Below are positions 1 through 14,345 of a DNA stretch of 64,000 nucleotides, piece by piece. The notes beneath the pieces are model-generated. The model ran no database searches and was not told the origin of the DNA. It worked only from the letters and a program-made list of their open reading frames with translations. The position numbers and the translations under genes were made by a program. The first letter of the stretch is position 1. The number at the start of each line of letters is the position of its first letter. This DNA is from Lingula anatina (Eukaryota; Animalia; Brachiopoda), in the NCBI GenBank assembly GCA_051362555.1, contig CM120645.1, positions 8,866,001 to 8,930,000 on the forward strand, in the 5' to 3' direction.

Positions 1-716
1 AAATCCGTTAAGAAGTAGCCTTTAAATGTCCCGGCAAATAACTTTGCGATGGCTCAGAGAGTTCTAGAATGAATGACAAGCAACGACATTAGGGTTAATA
101 ATAGACTAAAAACTATCAGAGTGTAGGCCTGTCTTAGGCCTACTTCATTTCTAAGGCCATCTTGTGATACGAGTCATGCTACACTATGATTTAATACAGG
201 GATACCATCGATAGTATATCAATAGAAAATCGCAATCCTCAAATGTTTTTTAATTCATTAAATATAAACGGTCTTTTCTCGTACAATGGGTCTGGTATAG
301 TTGTATTGGCCTATCAGTTGGAAACACGTGGTTCGTCTACAATTGCAAATGGCGGAGGTGCCGTGGTAGTTATTGTCGTAAAATTAGCTGGATACGGTGC
401 ACGTGAGAAAATTATTCATTAAATTTAGTTTTCGAGCGTCAGCTTAATCTGGTAATATGCGAGACGAAAAAAAATCATAGATAGAGCCTTATGACCCACT
501 GTAGAATGATGCCGAATAATACATCAACGACGTAGTTTATCGGCAGATAAACGTGTTTCCATTCTCGGCTGACTGAGGAAAGTTTTGAGAGAGCATTTAA
601 AGAAGAGGCGGTCGAACCAATAGTGAGTAGGAAGTGTGCTGCAATCAAGACGAACAATACCGATCATAAGTGGACAGCTAATAACCCCTAATTAAGCCCG
701 GGTTACGCGCTGCTGT

Positions 717-870
717 GTTGACTCCTTGCTGGGGAGCGGGAGCGGCCTCCTACTGCTGTGAGTAATCACGCATTGTCTTCTAACCTGCGGCTTAGTTGAC
801 TCCTTGCTGGGAAGGGGTAGCGGCCTCCTACTGCTGTGCGTATTCAAACATTGTCTTCTAACATACGGCT
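717..870. repeat. Two-copy imperfect direct repeat, period about 78 bp
   Basis: gttgactccttgctggg...gcggcctcctactgctgtg...cattgtcttctaac occurs at about 717 and again at about 795. Confidence 0.85.
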
Positions 871-2764
871 ACACGACGGTTGCATTGTATTAATAAAGTA
901 ATACCTATTCATAAGGAAGGGGGCGGATGGTAATTTTACGAGAATTAAATCAGTTACCGATCATACGCGTACCAATAGTCGTGTTTTTTTTTAGCTATAC
1001 GGTACATGTAGTAAATAAAAATGTATATATTAGCTTGATTCTTGTTTAAAAATCAAAACATGGAAAATGACATTTGCTCATTTTCTAAATGACTTCACAG
1101 CTTTTATAACTTTTGCTTTTTAAAGTTTGGATAAGTCCAAAAATATGTAACAAATAAAATCATAGCAATACACATTTGTTTTGTTTAAAATGTTTGTTGA
1201 AATAGATAATTAAACAATTGGTGAACACTAAATCTTAAAAAGAAAAAAGATTCAATCTATTTGTAAAATCCAAAATGACTCTTTAGTGATATAAATGAAA
1301 ACAAAGTAAATAGATACCATTAGCTACGAATATACAGTGCCTCCTTTTGCCTTATGTTATGTTCATGATTCTGAAGGATCTACAGGACCTGGTACATTAT
1401 TGTACTGCGGGACGCATCAGCCACAGCGCAAACTACTGTACTAAATTTGATGATAATAATGTAAAATAATAATGTTAATTTTGCTACCAGTAGTTTAAAC
1501 AAAAGGGTGTGTCTATATTACCCTTCATTTTGGCCACTTCACAACGATCCTTCTGCATCGACAGGAGGTCAGAGCCATGTTCTGGGATTAAGTTAAAAAA
1601 TGCACTTTAGAGCATTCTTCAGTGTACTGATATCTCAATTATTCCTCTCGCTTGACTCTGTTCATTCTTAACCAGGTATAGGGTACTACGAGTAGTACAC
1701 GTATGTCACTGGGAAGGTTCAAAATGGAGGCCTAGGTGGTACAGGTACATGTACTGTACATGTATATATGGCATAGTGTTCTGTGGTGCAAGCACTACAT
1801 ATACATTAAAATTTGCATAGCAGCACATGTATTTACTGTTCAAAATAATGCTGATATTTTTTCTGCAAAGATGAGCTATTTCTGTCGTTCAATATTACTA
1901 TGTATGGATAAAATAAAAATGGACCACATAGGATGCTTAAATCCGAAATTCAAAAACAATATCCGCCTTGTCGCACGTGTAGTTGTTTACATTTATTTAC
2001 TGCCAATCAGAAATAGAGGAAAAGTAGGTCATCGCTGCGGGATGAACTTGGCGGGAACATACGTCAACAGTTAGTCATTCATCGGTCAGTTGCAGATGTC
2101 CGGCCGTTATCCGTATAAGTGTGGATGGGGAGTTTAGAATCTTTTTTCAGGTGAGTATTAAACTAGATTGCGTATAATGGAGTTAGATAAATTAAGATGT
2201 TTGTTATATGGCTTGTGATTGCAGTGAAAACTGGTAGCCGGCTCCCGGGGAAAGAGGTCACGCACAATGTCAACAAAACAAAAGAATTCCACAGATTGCT
2301 TCCATCAAGAGTAACTTTTCAGAAGCTTTTGATGGTTTCATTTTATATAGGCAGGTCGACAATCTCATCTTGTCATTTATTTAATGCGCACTTCTGTTTC
2401 GCGAGCAGGTATACGTTCTTAATGTTTTGGACACCAACCAACCCCATTTCATTCGTTTACTTCCCCCTTCTGTCCATCATGTTTTTTTTTTTCTGCTGAT
2501 CTCATTTATTAATGTAGTTTTTTTCTTCTGATTTCCCCATGTCTTTACTTGCAAACAGCCCACAACTAACTGTTCAGTCGAGCATATTTTTTTTTATTTA
2601 ATTACGTTTTCTTGTCATCCATTTGTACTTTTTTTAATTGTTATATACAGTAATTGCATTAGAAGCAATTGCCATGCAGCAAACATGCAGCCAACAATGT
2701 TTACACGCAATTTCAAAAGATTATTATTATTATAAGCTACATGTGTTCTTCAGTACAGCAAGTC

Positions 2765-4620
2765 ATGGTGCTGACCAGATCAGAGTACAGACATGTCTAC
2801 CCCTCAGACAAGGGTCCCAGGGGGAAGAGAACTGCCAGAAATCCCGCCAACACAGGTGGAAAGACCTCCAGGAGAGGTAAAGATGGTAGAGACTTTTCAC
2901 GAGTTGATGGTGGATTTAGTGGTGCTAGTAAAAGCCCCAGGAGTTCAAGAACCCAGTTTTTACGATCCACACCCAACAAGTGTGCTTTGCAGGATGACAC
3001 AAGTAAGGCAAAGTTATGGTTTATAGTTTCTTCATCTGACAGTTGAACTCCAAAGTTTCCTTTCTATTATTTCATTGCATAGAGTTTGCTGTAAGGCCAG
3101 TGAAAAAGTCAGTTAAATGTGTTTGTTAATTCAGAAATAATCTAGAGGCATAGTTTTGTGTTGCATTTACATCATTTGCATTAATTTATTACAAAGAGCA
3201 GACCTGCTATGAAATTCTTCCAATTATATTTCCACTTTAATTTTATTCCATAGAAGAGCAAACTACAGAATCAGTACCAGAAATCCAAGAGACTGATGAC
3301 AAAACCAGCCTCAGAAACTGCAAGAGACAATCAGAGCCAGAAATGGAGTTTGCTTTCCAAACCCCTCCATATAAGACATGTAAACTGTCTCCCTCTGGTG
3401 GCAGTTTGGCTCAGGCAAGCAGAGCATTGTTTGGCACAACTGAAGATGGCACTGCAAGACAAGACAATAGCCCCTTTAAACCTCTGCCATTACTTGATGT
3501 AGATTTAAGTCCAAGCAGTTCAGTACATGGCAACCCCCACATGTCAACAAGTAATACTCATTTTACAGGACAGAGTGCTACATGTTTTTCTCCAGCAAAA
3601 TCAGATGATGGAATTTCTTGCAACTTTGACTTGAGTCCAAATCGGGGCACAAAAGTTAAATTTGACACTCAGCGCCAGTGGAGTTTTTCCTCAGACACTT
3701 TCCTAGAGGAAACTGTTCACTGTTGTTTTGACTCTGACCCTGAAGATATCACTGTGTCCCAGTCTAAGACACTCAGTTTTTGCAGTGATGATTGTGATGA
3801 TAACCGGATGAAGTCTCCATTGTTTTTCGGTACACAAGATGGCTCCTTGGCTCTGATTGACTGTAAAACACCAACAAAAGGCCCTGGGTCAGGTGTAAAA
3901 AAAGCTCGCGCTGAGTTCAAACGCCTCTTGGATCCATCACTCAATGCTCAAGCAGACACACATGACATTGTTAACACAGAAACAGCTTCAGAGAAATTAA
4001 AGAAAACTTTCTCAACGAAGGCGCCCATTTCCTCCAGAAGAACAAAGTGCACCATATCCAGTCCCGAGGGAATTAGAGTAAAACAAGAACAGAGTTCTGG
4101 TCTGCAAGCAGAACCAAATGGGAAAAAAATTATGCCTTTAAATCTTGACATAGTTCCAGAACAAAAAGAGACACGTAGTGAGTTTTCATGCATCTTGGAA
4201 GGCAACTACCCTTTTAGACCATTCAACAGTGTGGTTGTGAACCAGGAGAGAGAAGTCAATGTGACTAGTCTTGGTGGAAACCGAACATCCTCGGGTGAAA
4301 TGAAATTGAGAAATAGATTTATCACGAAGACCCCTCTGTCTGAGGGACTGTTGACGTGTGATGAATCGGTTATCGGTTCTCTCGGTTCTTTCGGCAGTGT
4401 TTCTCCACAATGTGACCTAGATAAAAAAAATCAATTAAACAATCAGAAGACAGTTAAAACAGTTGGAAGTCTCTTTGGTGTTGGTAACGTGAAAGAAGAA
4501 GCTGACTCTTCTGACGTAGGGAAAGTTGGACAAACCTCAAAAGAAATGTGGAAAATTGTTCCAAAAACAGAGAATAGAACTAAAGGGGCAACAGTTTTAC
4601 TTGTAAAGGTGGTAAAGTGA
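2765..4620 (+). CDS. Uncharacterised Ser/Lys-rich, probably disordered protein; coding exons 2765-3002 and 3254-4620 (possibly extends to 4835 if frameshifted)
   Basis: ATG at 2765 (MVLTRSEYRH...); donor GTAAGG at 3003 and acceptor TAG at 3251-3253 are phase-compatible (phase 1) and join into the 425-aa ORF; candidate 5' UTR donor CAG|GTGAGT near 2150. No recognised domain. Confidence 0.65.
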
Positions 4621-6494
4621 AAGATGATAATACCCTGTGTTCTGGAGATATAGTAGTAAGAATATCTCAAGGTCACATGCCTTTTCTCTTGAGGCCACGT
4701 ATTGGCCCTTGTATACATCCTAAGCTCCATTTTTTGAAAAATTTCCCTGAGACTCTGGGATCTGCTTTGTCTTTGAAGTCTGATTTGCTAAACAGATTGG
4801 TGCATAGCAGGCCTCCTTCAGGTGTGTATATGTAGACAGCCATTGTAGAATCCTTCTCTCTTGGCAAATTTCGGTGCCTTTTGTGCTGGTGTATCTTCCA
4901 ATGTCTACAGTACATGTTCAAGCACAGAATCTTTAAGATTAGCCACATTAAAGATAAAGTGAATGCTATGAAAACAGCTCTGTGGGTATTGTATTTATAT
5001 CCCTTGGAACTCCCATAGAGAACTGTGTGCCACTGGTGCTTTCATTTTCCGATTTTTTGAAAAAGGTCCACTCTAAACTCTAGACTAACATGAAATGTGC
5101 TCTTAAAAGGCATTAGTACATGTTAAAGAAGAGCAGGTTTTGGTTTAGAAATATTTGCAGAGTGTTTTGCTTTATGTTTTGATTTATTGCCATGGTTTCA
5201 ATACCATAGCTATTTTATCATGGGGAGAATACCTCTCAGATAAACAGCCCATCTTTACAATTCTTTTGAGCCTTTTGAAGTATCATTTTCAATGTGCGCT
5301 GTTCATAGAAATGCACTTTTTTTATGTTAAAGCAAACTTTTTGGTTTTATAGTGTTGCAATGTCTGAAAATCACTCTATTTTGACACATCTTTTATTAAT
5401 ATATATACATGTATTTTTTTTTTCGAAATTTTGCGATAAAACCTTTCCCGTTCTGTTTTCGTTTATGGAAATCTACACAATTAATTATCGGTGATTACTA
5501 ATAGCCTGACATGTTTAGTGCAGATTATATTTATATGTATGTAGTTAAGATTATATAAACTTGTTTCTATAAGCCAAATTTATAAAGAATAAAAACCTTT
5601 GTTGCAAAGAAATAGCGTGCAAGCTATAAATTTTAAGTGAACCTGATACAATTTCACCAAAAATCATGTATCAGCACAGTTGTGCACTTATATTGGGAAG
5701 AGTAATTCTTAATTATAGTCGTATTTTAAGACTTTATTGTATTATATTATAATATAATTACATAGCACATTAATCATTCATTTTGCACTGGATACTGATA
5801 CATCATCCTTTGAGATCTTTGCTTTATTTACTATAAAACTATGATAAAAGTCTGACTGATACAGTTAATGATGAAGGGGTGTATATCGTGTTATTACAAT
5901 GTTAAGTTGATTCTAGTCACTTAGAAGCAGTTTTTCAAATGAGAAATGTGTTCAAGAAAACTATTTTTTTATTCATAATTTTTTTTTAAAAGACTGTAAA
6001 AATGAGTGTAATTACACACTCTTTGTTTATGTGATTAAGATACTTATAAATATGACTGTCCAATTTTAAATTTTAGTAGATTTTAGTTACTTGAGCTCTG
6101 TAAAATTATTTTAAATCTTGAAATATCAGTGCAGTTGTTGTATTTTATTAACATTTTAAGTTTTTTTTCATTATGTCATTCTTTATTTCCTTGTCTGGTC
6201 AATTAAAATAAAATCCAGAGCTACTGTTTAAAAAGTTTAAAGACAACAACTAAGGAGTTAAGGCCCTCCTGCAAACATAAATATATCTTTAATACCACTT
6301 CACTGATGTTTTGATTTATTTTATATTCTCAAATAGGTTGCAAAATAGCAAGTAGGTATTTAAATAGAACTTATAAAAAGTATATTAGTGGTGCAATGAA
6401 ACTTATACCAATTGTTCAAAATCAAAGAAAATGCTCAATTGCTAATAAAGCCAGCTCTGAAGAAAAATGCTTGGCGGGTGTCACACATGAAATG

Positions 6495-9400
6495 CTATCT
6501 ATCTTCATCAGTTTTATCCTTATCCTTGTCACTGGTATTCTTTTCTCCCTCGATTCTATGTTGTTTCTTTCTATCTCGTAAAGTCTGCTTTCTCTCCTCC
6601 ATGATTGCTTTCCTTTGCTCTAAGTCAGTCTTATCTTTTTCCAATCTCCCCTGCAGAATACTATCTGAGGTCAAATTTTTTATGTTCATTTCCACTGCTT
6701 CCAGTTTTTGATTTATTTGGCCATCCACATCTTCAGCATTGTCAACATTTTCTAACATCACCCGTGCTCTCATTGATGGGACTTCTTCTCCAGGTATGAA
6801 AGCTCCAGCCACATATCTGCCTTCTGAGACTAAGAAATTATACAAGGGTACGGCACGATACTGAAATAAAACAGATATCCCACTTTTAAGGTATTAAAAA
6901 CGCTACTAACTGATACCTGTCACATCAATCATTGAACCATGATAAGAGATTAGTACACATGATATACTATACTATTTATATACTATATTAATTATATTAA
7001 TATATGTTTATAACAATAATAATAATAATAATAATAATACTTAAAAAAAATAAAAGACAAAAAAATGGGACTGAGTGGGAATCAAACCTACTCCGCCATG
7101 ATTGGCAGCCAGAACATTACCACTTGGCCAGCAAATCCTGTTATCTGATGTAGTGTTATTGACAACTTATGATACCTGTCACACATGCCGAAGCTTTACG
7201 GAAATTGTCGAAGGCTAGAAAATGCCTTCAAAATATTCAAAATATACTTTTAACAGTTAAAAGAGATGACTGCAGACTATAGAGGATGAAAAAGAAAAAT
7301 ATACCACAGTAGAAAATTTAACAGCACAGAGATGAAAATATTGCTCTGTCTTGGCTTCTTTCGCATGCATGATATTCTAGATGTGATTTTCCAGTGTTCC
7401 ATGATGTTTAAAACACTAAAGTGCTTGTCATGTACAAATTCCTTTAATTATTATTATTATTTTTTTTTTTGGGGGGGGGGTCATATTTTGTGAATGTATG
7501 AAATACAGTACCAATGTTTTCAAATGTAATGTCCTTTTAAAAGTTGAAATTTAAACAGTAATTCTAAAAACTTTCCTTACTTCAAGGATAATCATCATTC
7601 TAAAATTTGAAAAAGAAAAAGAAAATCTTATTTTTTAAATAGGTTTTTACAGAGGTTCTTTTCGGCAAGTCTAGTATTTGAAAATACATCCACTTTTACA
7701 TTGGACAGATGTAATACTTACTGTAGTAGTAAATTCCACTCCTATCCTTTTTTTCTTGAGATAATTTATAACTTTCAGATCAACTTGACTTCCCTCATCA
7801 CCGATACCAAGCACCAACATGTCTGAAAAAAACAAAAAAGAAAACATTTTAAATCATATTAAGCAAAGAACTTCACATTTACATGTTATCAACAAAATGG
7901 GTTAATTTCACATCAGATTTTATTTATTTATTTATTTGTTTAATCTTATTTAATGCCATTTCAGTTTGTTTCATAAAACAGCAAAAAGTATAGATTGAAT
8001 TTAGCTTAGACTTCTATGTTTAAATAGCCAACTTTATAATGCCATCATCAGTTGCAATATTGGACTATGATGATCATTTCACAAATAATACCTGATGACA
8101 TGAATAAATAGCCCAGTCACTTTTAGTAAACATCAGTGTCAAGATATAATTATCAAATATGGACTAAAGTATAAAAAAACTGCAATCAGTGAACCTTTCA
8201 AAGTTGTCTTTTATAATACTTCAGCATACCCACCCAGTGATGGCTGTAAGTTAACAAATAAACTAAGTGATTCCTCTGTGATTTCCTGGGGACTGTAAAC
8301 CTAAAATATAAACAGGAGAATTCAATACTCAACAACTTTCTTTCTTCACAACTACCAGTATGTAGATTTATGTGTCTCATTACTGAAGTTGCATCTAGCC
8401 TGATAATGTCTACTCTTGCAACTGACATTAAATTAGAATTTAGATATAAAAAACAATAAAGTGTCACCTTTGAACAAGAGAACCACATTCTTACTAGTAT
8501 ACACTCATGACCACACACACACACATTTTCCAACATACTTTACTTACCCACAATCAACATAAAGACACAAAAAATCATTTCAACTCCTTAAATGTACAAA
8601 TTCGTGAGCTTTTACAAGGACACAGAAAAAAGTAGTTATATCTCCAAAAATAGGGAGAAAATAGGAGCCTGCTGCAGTTAGGCTGAATTGCGCAATACAC
8701 TGCACACTGGAAAAAACACGTCCATTTGCAATTAAACAGAAGCAACGGTCATTCCCAATAGGCTGATATAAAAGAAAACTGTATTTCTAGGTAATTAAAA
8801 TTGTTGATATAACTTAACAATTCAGCAAGTCGGGTTGGCAGTCATGTTGGCGAGTGGCTCTTCTTGGAAATATTACCTGCCAAAAGGAGCCACTCACCAA
8901 CATGGTGGCCAACGCAACAATAAAATAAAATGCGAGTTTGTCGAGTTGTATCAACTATTTTAAGTACTTAGTTATGTATTTCGCTTTTATATCATCCTAT
9001 TTGTTTGAAACTGCCCTTTCCTCGTGTTTACTTGCATCTGTACTTGTTTTTTTTTCAAGTGTTTTTTTCGCTGTATTGCAGTGTACTGTAGAACTCGGTC
9101 ACACCCATCCTGCGGTAAGTGTTTAACAAATATTATTATTATGACTACTATTCCAATGGTACTTACATTCCAGTGAAGTATAGTCTTGGGGAACATTGCA
9201 ACTGAGCCCAGGACCCTGATGCCATTGTTCAGAATAAACCCCTGGTTGTTGAACCCTTTAATCATGAGAAAATCTTGGTTCAAGTTGATAATTTCTTGGG
9301 AGGACCTCCACTCTTGACCATCCAGGTCCAAATCGCTCACGTGTCCCCTGGACATCATGCCTACACTGCCAAGAGTATCACGCCTGGATTGAGAGATCAT

Positions 9401-9840
9401 ACTTTTTAATTTCAAGTTTAAAAACATAAGCTGCCTTTGCAAGAAAAAATATGAAATCCGCAAGAAGGTGCCAGTTTGCTGTGATGAGGCATCGTTGAAC
9501 TGCACTTGTTAACAACGTAACTGGTCTGTTGAACCGTTATTAACTTAATTTTTAGCTTGGCTTTTATCATGCCTGCACTGAAATGTCATGAATTCTCTGG
9601 ATATTTGACGCTGAACCTTCATCAAATTTTCAGTTTCACTTGCAATTATTAGCAATAAAAGGCACTTTTCCCGTATGATCTTGATGGTACGTAAAGCAAT
9701 ACTTACGGTGAGCTATAACATCGCACATTATGCTGTAGTATTTGTCGTCGAAATGCTGCAAGCGTGCACAGCACTGTTTTTCCTTTGCAAAGCGGCATCT
9801 TATGCAAGGCGAGAACGAATCTCATTTTGCAGAAGATCAT
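6495..9840 (-). CDS. NDUFAF3: Mitochondrial complex I assembly factor 3 (Mth938-like domain); exons 9840-9707, 9383-9167, 8300-8234, 7822-7722, 6860-6495
   Basis: All introns GT-AG and phase-consistent. Basic N-terminal presequence-like peptide, then GFILNNGIRVLGSVAMFPKTILHWN-VYSPQEITEESLSLF-DMLVLGIG-YNFLVSEGRYVAGAFIP, matching the remembered NDUFAF3 motif order. Confidence 0.9.
6911..7183 (-). mobile_element. Degenerate tRNA-like (Gly-GCC-like) sequence or SINE in a NDUFAF3 intron, flanked by a 14-bp direct repeat
   Basis: Minus strand about 7138-7066 has A-box-like TGGCCAAGTGG, CTGCCAA loop, B-box-like GGTTTGATTCCC, then a T-run; stems are mismatched; tgatacctgtcaca at 6911-6924 and 7170-7183. 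Confidence 0.5.
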
Positions 9841-11807
9841 GCTTTGCCCAAGACGAGCTTACGACATACCACTCAACACAGCAAAACGCCGTAACACTAT
9901 GTACAGTGACACAGCAAGCGCCGTAGCACAAAGACTCGTTATTATAAAACAAATATTTTCTCCTTGTACTTTTCTTTATCTCCTATGTGGTTAGCCTTTC
10001 TCTTGCATGATTTCGGTCAACTTTGACATTTGACATTATTTCATATGATTGGCTTCAATTAACGTTAATTACTTTACTTAAAGTTCCATTTCTATTACTT
10101 CTTTTTCTTTTCCAATTTGAAGATGCAAAAGAAAGAGGTTTTACTTTCTGAGTACATTTTAATAACGCTCTTTGCATATCAGAATGTATAAAACTCTGGT
10201 CCTAACAAGGAATAGGAGCAACTTTCTGGCATGCCAGTATTTTGTTCTCATTCCGAACCCCGAGTTTCGGGGGGGGGGGGGGGGGGGGGGGGGGTCAAAT
10301 ACATGTAAAACAACGGAGGTACATGTGCGAATATCAGCTGGGTGTATAAGCCTATGGGTAGCAGAAAGGCCAGTCTCCAGTGTTGCCTGAAACTCGGGGT
10401 GAATCCTTAGGCCTATACGTTCTAGATGTGTACCCTACAGTATCTCTCTCTCTCTCTCTCTCTCTCTCTGACACCCCGCATCAGCAGGCACGATGCAAGA
10501 GCTGGCATATAAGGTTTCATAACATATAGGTCATTAACTCCTGGACATAAAAATTATTATGTCCAAGATTAACTGGTTTAAAATTTAAGACCGAATATTC
10601 TAATGTAGTAAGATCAATCCACGGGCGTCAATTAAAAATGCGATATTGGGGTGGAAGGCAAAAATACAGGTGTTAAACACGTACATTTCGTGTAAGCGGA
10701 CGGCCGTAGTTTGAGCAATATTGTTGTTCTTGTTAGTTGTTGTTTTATCTTCCCGTTTGTAATAGTGCTTGTACTAGCTCATTATGGTTAATATTATATT
10801 GTTCTTTTTTATAAGGCTAGCTGGCTCCAGTGGTCAGAGATCTATAGTAGGCCTATATGTAAAATAAGAAAGCCCATCATAGCCATCTACACTGTACATA
10901 TCAAACACTTGTTTTCACCTAGAGTTCGATTAGCAATGAAATTGCAGTGATTAATTAGACTGGTTTAAATGACAGAACACGTTTGACCAGAAACATGGAT
11001 TTATTTGTCAAACACCTGACTCGAAATATAAAAGAGGTAACGAATTTTGCAAGTTCTGCAATCATGAACAATCATTATATAAAAATTAAGCCGCTATTGA
11101 GTAACATTTTACAAAGATTTATTTTAACATTATTAAAATAAAAATTTAAACTAAGTTTTTAAGCAATCATCGAGAATCAAGATCAACCACCAAGGCTTTT
11201 ACTGGGCTTAGGGTATTGAATTTCATTTGTTTAAAACGATTTTTACTAACAGGCCCAAAAAGCACTCTAAGAAAGGGTATACTTTGACTGAAATGGGGGG
11301 AAATGAACATTTGAGTCTGAAATATGGAAAAGCACCACAAAAGTTGCTAGATCGTTCTTGATTTTCGTGGAGTAGGCATTTACTTAAAAAAATAATTAAA
11401 ATTCTCCCCTCTTGCGATGTTTAAAACCACCCATTCTTAAAGTTATATACTGAATTGATGTTTTTTTTATAGTAACGTAAATATCACTACACAGCTTGTG
11501 AACGTATCAATTAACATAACACAGCAATCTTTGTAACGTAACACTTTTCAACTGGCCAGTACAAGCTTTGCCTTATATAAATGGAGGTGGTTAACTAAAT
11601 TCTAATTGATACGATGAATCGTAAGTTAACCGACCCTTCACCTTCGAATTCCTTATTCGTTTGATACCGACTTTCGGCGACTTAGGAGATATACATGTAC
11701 AAATGTAGGGCCTATTAACAAGTACATAACCTCTTGTGTTGGGTCTTATTCTTACAGAAGACAAATTTTGCTAGGCAATTTAAAGTAGGCTTTGTCGTTC
11801 GTTCAGT

Positions 11808-14345
11808 TTAAACCGGATCTTTTGCTAGACTATAAGGCGAATCGTTGGCTGGATTTTCGGTCGGATCATCTGGTTGACTGTCACCCGGATCATTCTGTAG
11901 ATTTTCAACTGGAACTTTTGCTAATCTGCGGGGCAAGCTACCTCTGACGTTAGGGCTATTCTCTGCTTTCAGCGTCTGCTCACCTTCACGATGAGACAGA
12001 GGCGTCTCGTACTCGCCCGCACTTCCCTCATATTGTCCCTCCTCCGCCACTGGGCTGTAGTATACGTTACCGTCTTCCACCGCGGAACTTTCCTCTTTCT
12101 CGCGCGGGTTTTGTGGCGTCTCATCACTGGTATTGACAATGTGGTCGTAAGCGTACTCGTCGGGAGGGTCTAAGGTCGCGTACAGTGGGTCGTCGTATTC
12201 GTCGTGAGGGTTGTAGTAGGCGTTGCCGTCGCTCGGCTTGTACAGGGAGTTGTTTTTAACCAGAGTTTTGGCCCGACTGGATTCTATGTGGTTAGGGTTG
12301 TAAACCGAACCTTCATTGGTAAAGCCGTGGTCGTTTGCCTGCTGACAGAAAAACTACGTATGCATGAGTTATATCTAATAAAAAGGAGTCCATTCAACAG
12401 GAAAGTTGTTTAATAGGGCATATTACATGCCTAACATAATCTCTAAATGATAACCATGCAGTCAGAGGATTTTTTAAAATTTCTTTTAAGATTTTTTATT
12501 TTCCGGAAATTAACTAAGACTCGCTATATATCAGTGTATTACCAAAAAATTTAACTGGAACAGATGATTTGTTGAACGAATCAAAAGGAAAAGGTATTCC
12601 AGTAATCAGTATATCCCGAATCAGAAATATTCAATTTCGCCGCAAAATTTATACGTGCAACAAATCACCAGTAAACTTATTTCATCATATACAAGTCAAA
12701 ATGCTTTAAAAAGTTTCTCAACTCACCGTGTCTGCTGAACGCTTCTTGGTGACTCGGTTCCAGATACTACAAAAAGACAGGTTTTGAGAAATAAAATGAC
12801 GTAAAGGTATAGTAATACATAAAAATTATCTAATTCTAAAAACCTCTTTTATTTATCCATCTCCTTGGATAGAGACATTTACATTCTATTACCCATGTGG
12901 GTTTTTATATGGAACATCCAGTCTACCACCCCGGGGAGGCGAGAACGTGGCCATCATTTCACCTTGCCTGGCTAGTCATGTATGTGTATCTTAACCAGGT
13001 GTCTATTCTATATCCATTATATACAAATATATCTCTCACGTACAAATTCATCCAAGAATTGCAATGGCGTTATAAAGTTATTATTATTTTTATTATTAAC
13101 AAGTGTTAAGGGAAAGCAAAAGTTCATTAAGACCTGTTTCTAATAAGTTATAGATCTAACAATAATTATTTTTATTATTATTAAAATTTTAAGGTAAAGT
13201 TATTATTGTTATTATTATTATTATTATTATACCTGAGCAAGAGCTCTCTTTTCCTCCACCATAAAACCCCAATCACGAGAACAACAAGAAGGACGAGGAG
13301 GACAACGATGACAATTGCCGCAATGGCGCCACCGTCTGTACCACCGCCACCAGCGCCCCTAGCGTCAACACCTGGGCCAGGGGGAGAGGAGCTGGCATCA
13401 CCCACCACCGGCGGGATTAAACCTTTAGAGACTGTTGTAGCAGTAGTAGTGGTGGAACCTGTGGTTGAGCAATTTGTCTGTTGGCAATAGTGAGGTGCAT
13501 CTGATTTGCAGCCAACCCCAGAAGAACAGTTATGTAGCGTCCAATTGCCGCCAATGCATCGAAAGAAGGTTTCACAGTTTGCCGGGTTTGGTAAATACTC
13601 GGTTTCTTTTCCAACAGTGTCACAAGTGTAATTAGTGTATCCACATGGAAGTGAATCTGAAATAAATATTACTCAAATATGATCATACAACCATAAGTAA
13701 TTTTGCACATATATTTTAATAAAACCACGGCTATCAGAACTTAAAGATATTTGAAATCAACCACATATTTAGAAGAAGAAAAAAAAAAAAAAAACAGCAT
13801 GACCAGCGAAAAGTGAAATCTGCTTCTTTTTCGTTTACCAGATCTTCCTGTTCAAACATGTTACAGCACGTTCTCCTGACCCACCCTAACAACGTGACAA
13901 AAACGCGCGAGTTTCTATAAAGTATGGACCCGGCCTAGAGTATTTGTATGGTCCAGGTGTTAGGGATACATTAGAAAAGAAATCCCGCAATACAAAGTAA
14001 CTGCATGCAGTCTCAGACCCTTTCTCATATACGTTGCCATCAAATGAAAGGAGCGCAAACGCACGCGTGATTTGTGTCAAAATAACCCCTTGAGCTGTCG
14101 GCGAACTCGACTCCTACCTCTGCTGTATCGACCCAATTATGAACCTTACTGATGAATATAAATAAACAACAGTAGCACGATTTATAAATGTATTTAAGTA
14201 CATCTTCAATCAAAATCAATGCTTGCAGAAATTTATAGCTTACTTTAGGAGACTTAACTTTCGTATTAAATACTACAGGTGCATACTCACCAGTTGATTC
14301 TGCAAAGAAAAGAACAGCTAACGCCACGGCCAGATACCTGTACAT
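11808..14345 (-). CDS. Paralog A: type-I membrane protein with signal peptide, chitin-binding type-2-like Cys domain, Thr stalk, TM and Tyr-rich tail; exons 14345-14291, 13656-13233, 12766-12727, 12341-11808
   Basis: MYRYLAVALAVLFFAEST; PCGYTNYTC...PANCETFFRCIGGNWTLHNC...; TM GGAIAAIVIVVLLVLLVVLVIGVLWWRKR; tail with KNNSLY and about 13 Tyr; intron phases 1/2/0 consistent. Confidence 0.8.

Noticed and set aside
340-660. Possible gene start (AAATGGCGGAG near 348) and 60-aa ORF 475-657
   Set aside because: No consistent exon chain or recognisable protein
13839-14150. Possible extra exon(s) in intron 1 of paralog A (ORF 13886-14080; AG/GT-bounded 13885-13839)
   Set aside because: Phases are incompatible with the flanking phase-1 junctions, or the frames contain stops
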